The translations under genes and the position numbers were made by a program. Below are positions 8,527-17,599 of a DNA stretch of 64,000 nt, in pieces (within the stretch, counting starts at the first letter, position 1; every line of letters starts with the position of its first letter). The stretch comes from a virus. The stretch covers positions 6,818 through 70,817 of IMG/VR virus record IMGVR_UViG_3300028042_000006, one strand, 5' to 3'. Under the pieces are notes generated by a model. That model was not told the origin of the DNA. It ran no database searches and saw nothing but the letters and a program-made list of their open reading frames with translations.

Positions 8527-9359
8527 AAAACGAAGACATATACATCAGACCAAAGGCAAGACTACTACACGCAACACCACTAGCAATCGCTGACGTTGCT
8601 GGTAGAAGTGCTTACGACAGCTTCGACAAGGCAGAGCATGACTTGATCAAAAGTTTCCCTTTAACGGGTGCTCTACCGTATGACATACCATCATCAAAAC
8701 TCTTGAACCAGTTGGCGTGGGTTAGTTTTCATCACAGTGTTCTTGAACATGTGACTTTAAACTTTCACCTTACGAACCTTGGACGAGGCGTGTTACAAGA
8801 ACTCGCTCGTCACAGAATTGCATCATATACTGTCAAAAGTACACGATACACAATGACACCAATCTTATGCATGTTTGCAATTTCACAAATTGAAAAATAT
8901 GGATCAAAGTATTTTGTTTTTGAAAAAATGATGAAGCAATTAAACTTCTCAATTATCAAGAACCAGACACTACTTGGTGATGAAATTCATGGTATCTATG
9001 TGAAGCTAGAGTTTTACGTCAAACAAATGAAATACAATCAAGCATCTAAGTATCTATCTGGAGCACAGAACGATATTCTTGAATCACACGATGTATTTGA
9101 TGACGAAGACCCGATGGAGATACTCAACGCAATGCTAGAAGCCAAAGGCAAACGCAACGCAGGTGATGACTTCAAGGGTATTGTTACAGACAACTTTAAA
9201 ACAGAATTAGTTTGGTCAATCAACCTGAGATCTCTCAAGAACTTTTTAGACCTAAGACATTCGGGAGCAGCATGGTTCCAAATCAGATGGCTCGCAGAGG
9301 AAGTACTTGCACAAGTACCAACAAAATACAGAGAATTAATCTGGAAAAAGGACACATAA
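8523..9359 (+). CDS. thyX: flavin-dependent thymidylate synthase
   Basis: HHSVLEH, LQELARHRIASYTVKSTRY (ThyX RHRx7S motif), INLRSLKNFLDLR. Confidence 0.93.
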   Translation: MKNEDIYIRPKARLLHATPLAIADVAGRSAYDSFDKAEHDLIKSFPLTGALPYDIPSSKLLNQLAWVSFHHSVLEHVTLNFHLTNLGRGVLQELARHRIASYTVKSTRYTMTPILCMFAISQIEKYGSKYFVFEKMMKQLNFSIIKNQTLLGDEIHGIYVKLEFYVKQMKYNQASKYLSGAQNDILESHDVFDDEDPMEILNAMLEAKGKRNAGDDFKGIVTDNFKTELVWSINLRSLKNFLDLRHSGAAWFQIRWLAEEVLAQVPTKYRELIWKKDT

Positions 9360-9360
9360 C

Positions 9361-9714
9361 ATGACAACATTAGAACATATTTTTAAACAATTTGAAGACA
9401 GAGTAGCACCCACTACACCGGACGAACAGTACGCAACACTAAAGGCTGAAGCTGACATCATTGGAGCTAAACTTGCAGAGCTAAAAGAAGCAATCATCGA
9501 GAACTACAAAGAAGATCCAGAAAGTGTAACTTCTGTTGTGGTAGTACCCGTCAAGGGGAAAAAAACAGTATCTTGGGCAAAGGTTGCAGAAGAAGCAAAA
9601 GTTGCAGATAAAATCATCCAAAAATATACAAAAATTGGAAACCCAAGCTACACAATTAAACAAAAAACAGCAGAACAAGAAAAAGTAGGAGATGGTAAAT
9701 TCATCTCCGCATAA
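9361..9714 (+). CDS. hypothetical protein
   Basis: 117-aa ORF with AAGGA SD in the operon. Confidence 0.75.
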   Translation: MTTLEHIFKQFEDRVAPTTPDEQYATLKAEADIIGAKLAELKEAIIENYKEDPESVTSVVVVPVKGKKTVSWAKVAEEAKVADKIIQKYTKIGNPSYTIKQKTAEQEKVGDGKFISA

Positions 9715-9726
9715 GGAGCACACAAC

Positions 9727-11307
9727 ATGGCAAAAATATCATTCAAACAATTACCCGACTATTTCCTAGAACCAACAACTATTGAAATTACAAGCTTATA
9801 TCCAAACTCAATGGTTTTTGAATCATACGCAGAAGGGTCTGGTCACGAATCATTTTGTACATTGATTCCAAAAAGACAACAGTGGGAAAATCTTCAAATT
9901 GGAGATAAATTTCTAGTCTATCTTGAAAAGTATATGGGAGGAGGTTCTCAGTCAGATAGAGAGTTCGGAAAACTCAATATTATCAAAAAAGAACCAAGAC
10001 CTATTCCACTCGAATTAGATGAAATTCCAGAGGTTGAACTTGCAGAAGAAGATTACATTGTTGAGGATGCCCCACAGCCAACAATATTGGATGAGGTATA
10101 TGAATCCCTTAACGAGGGTCAGAAAACGGCATACAACGCAATCTCAGCTTCTTATAGTGGTAATTCAAACGACACTCTATTCTTTATCACGGGTTCACCG
10201 GGAACAGGAAAATCATATCTATCAAAAGCAATCATGCTCTTTTTCAAGTCCAAAGGTAAATCTATCGTAGCAATGGCACCAAGCCACAAAGCTAAGAAAG
10301 TATTAGCTGAAGCACTGGGTCAAGAAGCAACAACTGTTGCAAGATACTGTGGCTACACAATGGAGAACACCGACAACCCATCGATGAACGATGAAGGTGA
10401 TTTTGTAAAAAGTCGTGACACAGATGAATGTTATTTAGCCATCGTTGATGAAACTTCAATGGTGACAGATCTAAACTTCCAAGAAATTAGAGAGTCTGCA
10501 CAAATCGTAGTTGCCCTTGGTGACAAAGATCAACTCAAAGCAATCAACGAAGAGTCAGCAAATCTTAGTGATGCCATAGTCCTTGAACTCACAGAACAAA
10601 TGAGACAAGAGAACCTAAACACAGCACTCTACAAAAATATTCAAACGATCAAAGGTCAAATCAACAAACCATCAGGATTTCAATATGAATTCGATGAGAC
10701 ATTTGAGGTGGCAGATAATCTTGTCAAAGAATATATTGCAGGGAACGTAGATGTCATCATCGCATACAGAAATGTATTCGTAGATGCCTACAACACAGCA
10801 ATCCAAACAGAGCTAACTGGTGATCCATCACTCAAAGCTGGAGATAAAATCATCTTCAATAAACCAGCAAATGCAATCAAGGCACACGTAGACGTAAACG
10901 GAAGAGCAACCTATCCAATCATCAAAAACAATGGTGACACAGCTACAATCTTGAAAATCCATGACACTCAACCAGAAGTTGGAATTATCGTAAACCTAGA
11001 CATTGGTTCATTCACAGACCAAACAAGACTTATCCTCACAAGAGATCAGTGGGCTACAAGAAGTTTTGTGTGGGAGCTATGGCTAAACTATTGGAAGCCA
11101 ATCATGCAATGGAAGCAATTCAAAAGATTTGCAATCAATGCATCACTTCCTTTTGCAATCACCGCACACAAGAGTCAAGGCTCAACATACGAAAATGTAG
11201 GCATCAACATAGCAGACATTAACGCATGCTGGAAAGACGATGACAAAAACAGAATGCTGTACGTTGCCATGAGTAGAGCCAAGAACAAATGCTTGGTAAA
11301 ACTCTAG
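9727..11307 (+). CDS. SF1B Dda/RecD-like DNA helicase
   Basis: ITGSPGTGKS, IVDETSMV, LGDKDQL, AITAHKSQGSTY, LYVAMSRAK; N-terminal extension possibly an OB/S1 fold. Confidence 0.9.
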   Translation: MAKISFKQLPDYFLEPTTIEITSLYPNSMVFESYAEGSGHESFCTLIPKRQQWENLQIGDKFLVYLEKYMGGGSQSDREFGKLNIIKKEPRPIPLELDEIPEVELAEEDYIVEDAPQPTILDEVYESLNEGQKTAYNAISASYSGNSNDTLFFITGSPGTGKSYLSKAIMLFFKSKGKSIVAMAPSHKAKKVLAEALGQEATTVARYCGYTMENTDNPSMNDEGDFVKSRDTDECYLAIVDETSMVTDLNFQEIRESAQIVVALGDKDQLKAINEESANLSDAIVLELTEQMRQENLNTALYKNIQTIKGQINKPSGFQYEFDETFEVADNLVKEYIAGNVDVIIAYRNVFVDAYNTAIQTELTGDPSLKAGDKIIFNKPANAIKAHVDVNGRATYPIIKNNGDTATILKIHDTQPEVGIIVNLDIGSFTDQTRLILTRDQWATRSFVWELWLNYWKPIMQWKQFKRFAINASLPFAITAHKSQGSTYENVGINIADINACWKDDDKNRMLYVAMSRAKNKCLVKL

Positions 11308-11344
11308 TCCACGTTATGCCACTGTCACCCCATCCCCCCTTCCC

Positions 11345-11375
11345 TGCAATCTCGGACTTGTCCGGGGAGATTGCA
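11345..11375 (+). terminator. GC-rich hairpin downstream of the helicase
   Basis: TGCAATCTC/GAGATTGCA 9-bp stem with inner GGAC/GTCC. Confidence 0.5.
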
Positions 11376-11435
11376 TGGAGTATTTTCTCAGTTTAGAAAA
11401 CCTTCCTTTAGAGGTTTTCCGAAGAGTGATTGTAA

Positions 11436-11518
11436 AAGTAAACCTCGTTTACCAGATAAGTCAATTTCGTTTACCAGATAAGTAAACCTCGTTTACCACA
11501 TAGGTCAATTTCGTTTAC
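11436..11518. repeat. four 22-bp tandem iteron-like repeats (A-B-A-B); putative replication origin
   Basis: AAGTAAACCTCGTTTACCAGAT (11436), AAGTCAATTTCGTTTACCAGAT (11458), AAGTAAACCTCGTTTACCACAT (11480), AGGTCAATTTCGTTTAC (11502); followed by AT-rich DNA and an O-like gene. Confidence 0.85.
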
Positions 11519-11579
11519 TTATCGTAGAAATATCATTTTCAGACCACATTAAACTTGGTTCTGTACAATACAAATAGAG

Positions 11580-11720
11580 TAACTTTAATGAAGCGTCCAA
11601 GCTTATGCACTTCACTCGCTAAGTAGAAATACTTGGCGTTTCATTAAGGTTATGAAGATTAAATGTATAAGTTTGGACGCTCTCATTTAATCCTCCCTCC
11701 TTTCAATCAACACGAAAGAA
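11580..11720 (+). promoter_or_regulatory. structured 5' leader of the initiator gene
   Basis: 16-bp helix 11580-11595/11637-11652 and 18-bp helix 11592-11609/11664-11681, all four deviations G-U; -10-like TACAAT at 11564; CTTTC/GAAAG hairpin over the SD. Confidence 0.55.
11612..11686 (-). CDS. putative 24-aa antisense peptide MRASKLIHLIFITLMKRQVFLLSE
   Basis: GGAGGGAGGA-TTAA-ATG on the minus strand; hydrophobic core; below the ORF-track cutoff. Confidence 0.3.
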   Translation of the reverse strand: MRASKLIHLIFITLMKRQVFLLSE

Positions 11721-11726
11721 TTCATT

Positions 11727-12134
11727 TTGAAAAAACAGATCAAAAAATCCATTGATGGATTTGGAAATGATGGTAGATTTCAAGCATATTATTTTACAAT
11801 ATTGCAGGAAAACAACAAACAAAAGCAACCACAATTTACTGTTTCCGAATTAACAGTGGTTCTAAAAATGGCACACAAATCTTTTGGATATCAAGAACCA
11901 GTTTTTGAAATCCAAATGGGAACAAAAGAAGTCATGGATCTACTGAACTGCAGTAAACCAAAAGCCATGAAAACACTATCGAATCTGAGAGAACTCAAAC
12001 TTATCAAGCGTATAGAATGGCAAAACTTTGGACCAAAACAAACATACAAATACAAGGTTACGCTTCCAAAAGGATACAAGATAGATCTTGGTTCTGTTTT
12101 GACCGAAGAAGAACCCTCAAACAAATTTTTTTAA
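11727..12134 (+). CDS. lambda O-like (replisome organiser) winged-helix initiator
   Basis: FTVSELTVVLKMAHKSFGY...KEVMDLLNCSKPKAMKTLSNLRELKLIK parallels the lambda O N-terminal pattern LTKRQFKVLLAILRKTYGW...LVRMNII; adjacent iterons. Confidence 0.68.
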   Translation: MKKQIKKSIDGFGNDGRFQAYYFTILQENNKQKQPQFTVSELTVVLKMAHKSFGYQEPVFEIQMGTKEVMDLLNCSKPKAMKTLSNLRELKLIKRIEWQNFGPKQTYKYKVTLPKGYKIDLGSVLTEEEPSNKFF

Positions 12135-12143
12135 AGGATAAGA

Positions 12144-14255
12144 ATGACACTAGAAGAAATACTTGATGACCTCGAAACAGCAGGTGAGAAAAAAACAGAC
12201 AGATTAATCTGGCAGACAGCACTCATGTATTATGGGTCAATTTTATTAAATATGATACAGATCAAAAAACATGAAGATGTAGATACAAATGAGAACATTA
12301 GATTCTTTGGACTCATCATCTCTGGTTCTGGAAGTGGAAAAGATTATTCTGCAAAAACCATAGAAAAGTTGATGCCTCTTGGCAACTACAAGAAGCGTAT
12401 GAAAGAACGTATCAATCAAAACTTTAGTGAACTACCAGAGTTTAATGCTGAGGAAAAAGAAGAGATACTCAGATTCCTACCAACAGGTCTAAAAACTAAC
12501 GTAGAGGGTACACCAGAAGGTTTATTCATGGTAGCCCTAGCCCAACTATCATCAGGCTATGGATCGCTTAATTTGTTCAACTCAGAGTTCTCAGATGTTA
12601 TTGAATCATCCAAGGCACTATTGGACAGACTCAAGCAATTATATGATGGAGAAATGGGAGCTAAGGTAATTAAAGGTGGAGAGTTCTCAAACAGATACGA
12701 AGACCTCGAAGACGTAATATGTAACCTACTTGTTATGACTACACCAAAAGGATTCTCGGCATCTGGACGCAAGAACCTAGAGCAACTTGTATCATCAGGT
12801 ATCTACAGACGTACTATCATCGTAGACACTGGTTCTGAAGTTAAAGATATTGAAATGAATGAACAGAGAACCAGATCCAAACCATTGAAAGACTGGTTCT
12901 TAAAAATAGCAACTGAAAATCTACAAAAAAGAATTGATACAAAAATCCATACTTTTGATGGAATTATTATGCCTCACACAGAAGAGTATGAAGTGGAGTC
13001 CAAGAAGCTTATGAAGGAGCTTGTAGATAGACGCAACGAAGACAGACTGGATGACCTCAAGGAGCATGATACTGGAGCTAAGGCAATAATCATTGACTTG
13101 TCCTACATCATAGCATTCCTTGAAAATGCAGACAAAGTTGACATCACTCATCTATTCAAAGCAAAAGAGTTCTTCTATGAAAGCAGAGAGTCCTCTTATA
13201 GGATTTTAAAACCACAGTTAGCCCATAAGATTATGTTTAAAATCTTGAATGAACGAAATGGTCTTACAATTACTGAAATGGCAGATATTGATAATGCTGT
13301 ACCAGTGAAAGCAACAGCTATTGCAGACGCAATCAGTAACCTCAAAGAGATGTGTTATATTCACAACAAACACCTCAAGATAGCAACTGGAGCAGTAGTT
13401 AGATACAGTGTAGATGATCTCCCGGTAAACAAGCTAGATGAGATTATCCTATCACTATCAACAGATGACAAAGGCGCACACTGTATTGATTACAGACCAG
13501 TACTAATCCAATGGGAAGACGTACCAAAACTTGTCATATCAGAAAAAGTAGACAGTTTCACTTGTTGTCATTATGAACCAACGAGACAAGCTGCCAACGG
13601 TCATAGAAAACAAGAGAGTTTTATTGAAGAACAAAACCTTATTGCATTCGATATTGATGAAAAAATGTCCATCAAAGATGTTCAAGCAATACTCGCACCA
13701 TATACATACTTAATCTATACAACAAAATCACACCAGATTGACAAAAATGATCTTGGTGTGATCTGTGATAGATTTCGTATCTTGATGCCTACAAAAGTTA
13801 AATTCTATGTAACTCCAGACCAACATAAACTCATGTATGAAAACCTAGAGATCATGCTTGGAATTACAGCCAATGATGTCAAGACTAGAAACGTATCAAG
13901 AATGTTTTTTACAAACCCGTCAGCAACAATATTTGAGAACCAAGGTGACTTGATTGATGTAGGATGTTGTATCCCAGATACGATCTCCTCAAATCATATC
14001 ATTCCTAATCTCGAAAACGTAGCACAAATGGAAGCAACTGGTGAAATGGGTAAACGTGAAGCAGGGATGATGAAATACATTCTTACTCAAGCATCTGAGG
14101 GCAATAGAAACAACATGTTGCACAACTACATGATGTTCTTATTAGACATTGGTTCTGATGATATCAGAGGCAAAGTATTCTACTTGAACGCCATGCTAAA
14201 CTCTCCATTACCAGACCACGAAATAGAAACAATGTTAGTCGCTCGAAGACTATAA
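12144..14255 (+). CDS. N4 gp43-like primase (N-terminal P-loop, AEP primase domain, PriCT)
   Basis: ISGSGSGKD; IAFDID, YTTKSH, RFRILMP; C-terminal EGNRNNMLH; position before Sak4 and SSB as in N4. Confidence 0.8.
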   Translation: MTLEEILDDLETAGEKKTDRLIWQTALMYYGSILLNMIQIKKHEDVDTNENIRFFGLIISGSGSGKDYSAKTIEKLMPLGNYKKRMKERINQNFSELPEFNAEEKEEILRFLPTGLKTNVEGTPEGLFMVALAQLSSGYGSLNLFNSEFSDVIESSKALLDRLKQLYDGEMGAKVIKGGEFSNRYEDLEDVICNLLVMTTPKGFSASGRKNLEQLVSSGIYRRTIIVDTGSEVKDIEMNEQRTRSKPLKDWFLKIATENLQKRIDTKIHTFDGIIMPHTEEYEVESKKLMKELVDRRNEDRLDDLKEHDTGAKAIIIDLSYIIAFLENADKVDITHLFKAKEFFYESRESSYRILKPQLAHKIMFKILNERNGLTITEMADIDNAVPVKATAIADAISNLKEMCYIHNKHLKIATGAVVRYSVDDLPVNKLDEIILSLSTDDKGAHCIDYRPVLIQWEDVPKLVISEKVDSFTCCHYEPTRQAANGHRKQESFIEEQNLIAFDIDEKMSIKDVQAILAPYTYLIYTTKSHQIDKNDLGVICDRFRILMPTKVKFYVTPDQHKLMYENLEIMLGITANDVKTRNVSRMFFTNPSATIFENQGDLIDVGCCIPDTISSNHIIPNLENVAQMEATGEMGKREAGMMKYILTQASEGNRNNMLHNYMMFLLDIGSDDIRGKVFYLNAMLNSPLPDHEIETMLVARRL

Positions 14256-14281
14256 ATATTAAACAAAAAGGGGTACAATAT

Positions 14282-14605
14282 ATGGCTGAACAAATTAAAA
14301 TCTCACGATACAATTACGAAGAAATGATGCCAAATGCAGAAATGAAATTTGCATCACTTATCCAAATGGCTTACTGTCCATACAGAGATGGTCACATCGG
14401 AAATGGTCACTTCGGAATGAACAGATATCTCTATTTTGATGACATTATATCTATGATGGAGCGTAAAATTAGAAGTGCTTCTGGAGCATCCGTTGATTGG
14501 GTCCCAGGAACAAGAACCAGACAAAACATCGCAAAGTGGAACAAGATGCTGGAAACAGCAATGAAAAACAAAAATATTCAAGCAAACAAAGCAAAGGAAA
14601 ATTAA
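14282..14605 (+). CDS. hypothetical protein
   Basis: 107-aa ORF; TACAAT just upstream; TAATG overlap with the next gene. Confidence 0.7.
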   Translation: MAEQIKISRYNYEEMMPNAEMKFASLIQMAYCPYRDGHIGNGHFGMNRYLYFDDIISMMERKIRSASGASVDWVPGTRTRQNIAKWNKMLETAMKNKNIQANKAKEN

Positions 14606-15264
14606 TGGCAATAGTCACAAGTATAGTCGGTAAATCCGGTTCAGGTAAAACAACAGCAATGAGAACACTCACCAACCTAGATGAGATCTTCATCATTAGA
14701 CCATCAAAAAAACCATTCCCGTTCAAGGCAGGAAAGTTTAAAGCATGGGATAAAGAAACAAAATCAGGTCAGTATATTTACACAGATGATGCAGGTTTCG
14801 CAATTGCAGCAATGCAAAAAATGGTTGAAGAAAATGGCAAAAAAGTAATCATCATTGAAGACAGTACGTTCTTTATGACAAACTACTTTATGGCAACAGC
14901 TATGGAGACTGGTTTTTCAAAATTTACACAAAATGCACTAAACTATTTCAACATCATTAAAGCTGCAGAAAACCTACCAGAAGATGTAAGAGTGTATCTA
15001 ATCAACCACATCGAAGATGGTGCAGATGGTTTCCAGAAAGTGAAAACTATTGGTAAGCTTCTTGATGAAAAGATTGATATTCCTTCACTCTTGACTGTGG
15101 TTCTACACGCAACAGTTAGTGATGGTAAGCACATGTTTCAAACCAACAAAAAAACATCTATGGATATTGCAAAATCTCCAATTGATATGTTTGATGCAGA
15201 GTATATCGACAATGATCTACAAGTTGTAGACGATGCGATCAAAGAGTTCTACGGAATAGAGTAG
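14605..15264 (+). CDS. Sak4-like AAA ATPase / ssDNA annealing protein (N4 gp44-like)
   Basis: Start revised to MAIVTSIVGKSGSGKT; Walker B IIIEDS, INH, KTIGKLLDEK, AKSPIDMF. Confidence 0.85.
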   Translation: MAIVTSIVGKSGSGKTTAMRTLTNLDEIFIIRPSKKPFPFKAGKFKAWDKETKSGQYIYTDDAGFAIAAMQKMVEENGKKVIIIEDSTFFMTNYFMATAMETGFSKFTQNALNYFNIIKAAENLPEDVRVYLINHIEDGADGFQKVKTIGKLLDEKIDIPSLLTVVLHATVSDGKHMFQTNKKTSMDIAKSPIDMFDAEYIDNDLQVVDDAIKEFYGIE

Positions 15265-15302
15265 GTCTGTCTTGGCTTCCATTTGGTATAAGTCCAGCAG
15301 AA

Positions 15303-15316
15303 CCAATGGCCATTGG
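15303..15316. promoter_or_regulatory. perfect 14-bp palindrome CCAATGGCCATTGG upstream of SSB
   Basis: Self-reverse-complementary and intergenic; possible operator. Confidence 0.35.
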
Positions 15317-15345
15317 GTCAAAACAAATTATTAAGGAGACAATAC

Positions 15346-15993
15346 ATGTCAGATTTAAACAAAGATTTCCTAGCAGGAATGGGACTAGATGCAGCAACAG
15401 TTGCAGCGACAAAAGAACAAACAGTAGGCGCAGGATTCGAGGTCGTCGATTCAGGAGCATACAAAGCAACAGTTAAAGAATTATTCACATTCAAATCTTC
15501 TGGTGGAGCATTGATGATGAAAATCACAACTCACCTTGAAAAAGAAGACAAAGATATTGAAGAGTATCAAACAGTTGTCAACAAAGACGGTAAACCAAAT
15601 GAAATTGGTCAAGCAACATTTAGACACATTATGGATGCAGCATGTCCAACAGATCAAGGTGCGCTTTCAAATAAAGTTGAAAAAGTTAAAGCTTACAAAA
15701 AAGAAGTTGACGGTACGGTTGTCAAAGGTCTTGATGGTAAGCCATTCATTGCACTCGTTAGAGCAGTACATGAAGAAGGCGCAAGCTTTGCTGATTACAA
15801 CATTGTAGAAGCATTCGCAAGAGTTGATGGTACAAACTCTAAAGGTGAAGATCTTCTCGAAACTTTCAAAACTAAGATTGAAAAATCTCCAGTTATGCAA
15901 AGAAAATCAAAAGGTGGCGGAGCAACTGCAGGTGCAGCGGCAACCACTGGAACAACAACAGCATCAGGTCAATCTGTAGCAGACATGTTGTAA
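15346..15993 (+). CDS. single-stranded DNA-binding protein (N4 gp45-like)
   Basis: AAGGAG SD; GAYKATVK...SSGGALMM pattern; Gly/Ala/Thr tail; synteny after Sak4. Confidence 0.7.
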   Translation: MSDLNKDFLAGMGLDAATVAATKEQTVGAGFEVVDSGAYKATVKELFTFKSSGGALMMKITTHLEKEDKDIEEYQTVVNKDGKPNEIGQATFRHIMDAACPTDQGALSNKVEKVKAYKKEVDGTVVKGLDGKPFIALVRAVHEEGASFADYNIVEAFARVDGTNSKGEDLLETFKTKIEKSPVMQRKSKGGGATAGAAATTGTTTASGQSVADML

Positions 15994-15996
15994 CCA

Positions 15997-16408
15997 ACAG
16001 AATCAAGGCGTGTTTGTCTTGGTTCTGTAATCAGGAGAGTATACAGATTTTAAATGTGGTGTACAAGTAAAGACCGGGAAGTAGTTTGCAAACTATTCCG
16101 AACACCTACTTATGCAAGCGTTTATTACGAGTGCGATAGATGGGTATACGAACTATTTGAGGGTAGCGAATAGAGAACGATGGGAATTCGAAGGTCAGTT
16201 CGAGGCTGACTATGCTGATGTGCCGAAAGCAGATCAAAAACAATAAATATTTATGGAGCAGAGAACTACAAGCAAAGCTGCCGCCACAAGCAAGGTAGAA
16301 ATTGGCAACTCTGCTCTAGTAAATATTTAATGTTATTGAATAGATCCTCCACGAAAAAAATTAAAACAGTTGTGTGTGTTAATTGCAAAGGGAGGATCTA
16401 TTGAGTAA
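15997..16408 (+). ncRNA. candidate structured RNA region (includes terminator-like hairpin 15997-16028)
   Basis: Hairpins 16077-16099, 16193-16211 and 16216-16236; long stems 16244-16263/16309-16329 and 16339-16350/16391-16402. Confidence 0.45.
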
Positions 16409-16421
16409 CAAAGGAGAACCA

Positions 16422-17015
16422 ATGACCATTATATCGTTTGATCCAGGACTAACTGGAGGACATGCAGTATTCGGAAACGGAAAATTGATGTACGCAGGTA
16501 TTATGCCAATCAAGAAAATTGAAACCAAACCAAAGCGTATGGTACAAGATCTTAAAGATGGCAAGAAGCAGTATGTTAAATCTGGACCCAACAAGGGAAA
16601 CCTAAAGATGAAGATGAAATCTGCAGCAAAGTATAAGACTGAACTCGACACAATTCAAGTTCACGCACTAATGCAGAACCAGGACTTCATAGTTATCGAA
16701 CAACAGAATCCAAGACCGGGTAACTCAGCTGCCTCGTCAGCATCTACAATGAAGAACTTTGGCAAACTACTTGCCTGTGCAGAACTAAGTGACGCACAGC
16801 TCATACTCGTAACGCCTGGAGTATGGAAGAAACATTATGGTTTATCTTTAACGCCTAAAGAGAAGAAGCTTCTCACAAACACAGAGTACAAGCAGATGTC
16901 AATTCAGAAGGCTTACGATATCACAGAATGGAACACTTCATACGATGGTATCGCAGATGCTATTTGTATTGGAAGCTGGTTCTTTGAAAAAAGGAAAGCA
17001 GATGACAAGATTTAG
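16422..17015 (+). CDS. RuvC-like Holliday junction resolvase (N4 gp46-like)
   Basis: ISFDPGLTGG, IVIEQ, NFGKL, PGVWKKHY, DGIADAICIG. Confidence 0.85.
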   Translation: MTIISFDPGLTGGHAVFGNGKLMYAGIMPIKKIETKPKRMVQDLKDGKKQYVKSGPNKGNLKMKMKSAAKYKTELDTIQVHALMQNQDFIVIEQQNPRPGNSAASSASTMKNFGKLLACAELSDAQLILVTPGVWKKHYGLSLTPKEKKLLTNTEYKQMSIQKAYDITEWNTSYDGIADAICIGSWFFEKRKADDKI

Positions 17016-17181
17016 AATCAAATATAACAATGTAAATAATTTATATTATTTTCAAATACGTCATTTTTTATGGTGGCGAAACGTATATGATCCAGTCATG
17101 TTTACAAACATCTCATCTGCAAATAGAGCACAGTGCAAAAACAAAGCAAGAGACTGGATTGAATTAAATGAATGGAGCTAA
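17002..17181 (+). CDS. hypothetical protein
   Basis: AAGGA SD before MTRFRIK. Confidence 0.6.
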   Translation: MTRFRIKYNNVNNLYYFQIRHFLWWRNVYDPVMFTNISSANRAQCKNKARDWIELNEWS

Positions 17182-17184
17182 TAG

Positions 17185-17538
17185 ATGACTAAAAAAGAAC
17201 GCATCAAAGAGTTAGAACTCGAAGTAAAATATCTCACAGAAGACAACATTAAAACAAGTGGTCTTTATCGAAAATATGAAGATAAATATTATCGAACCAG
17301 AGTGAAATATGAAGCACAACTGGTTAACGCTGAATCACTTGCCAAAGTTATTACAGATGCATCATCTGTACACATGGTTGATCAAAAAATGCTACTTGAA
17401 AAGATTGAACGACTCATGGGCTACAACACAGAGCTTGAATCTGAAAACTTTAAAGTAGTCAATCACAATGAAAAGCTTGAGGTTGAACTCAAAAATGAAA
17501 GATATATCAACGAAATGTTGATGACCAATGACGAATAA
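17185..17538 (+). CDS. coiled-coil hypothetical protein
   Basis: Heptad-rich 117-aa ORF in the operon. Confidence 0.7.
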   Translation: MTKKERIKELELEVKYLTEDNIKTSGLYRKYEDKYYRTRVKYEAQLVNAESLAKVITDASSVHMVDQKMLLEKIERLMGYNTELESENFKVVNHNEKLEVELKNERYINEMLMTNDE

Positions 17539-17599
17539 ATATCCTGAATTCAGAGAGAACAATATCGGATTAACCATTATTAAAATACCAAGGACGCAA

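Noticed and set aside
11436-11518. CRISPR mini-array
   Set aside because: Repeats are directly abutting with no spacers; an iteron reading fits better.
16213-16240. Hammerhead ribozyme core (CTGATG…GAAA)
   Set aside because: CTGATGT lacks the invariant A, and the GAAA lies in a hairpin loop rather than in the core.
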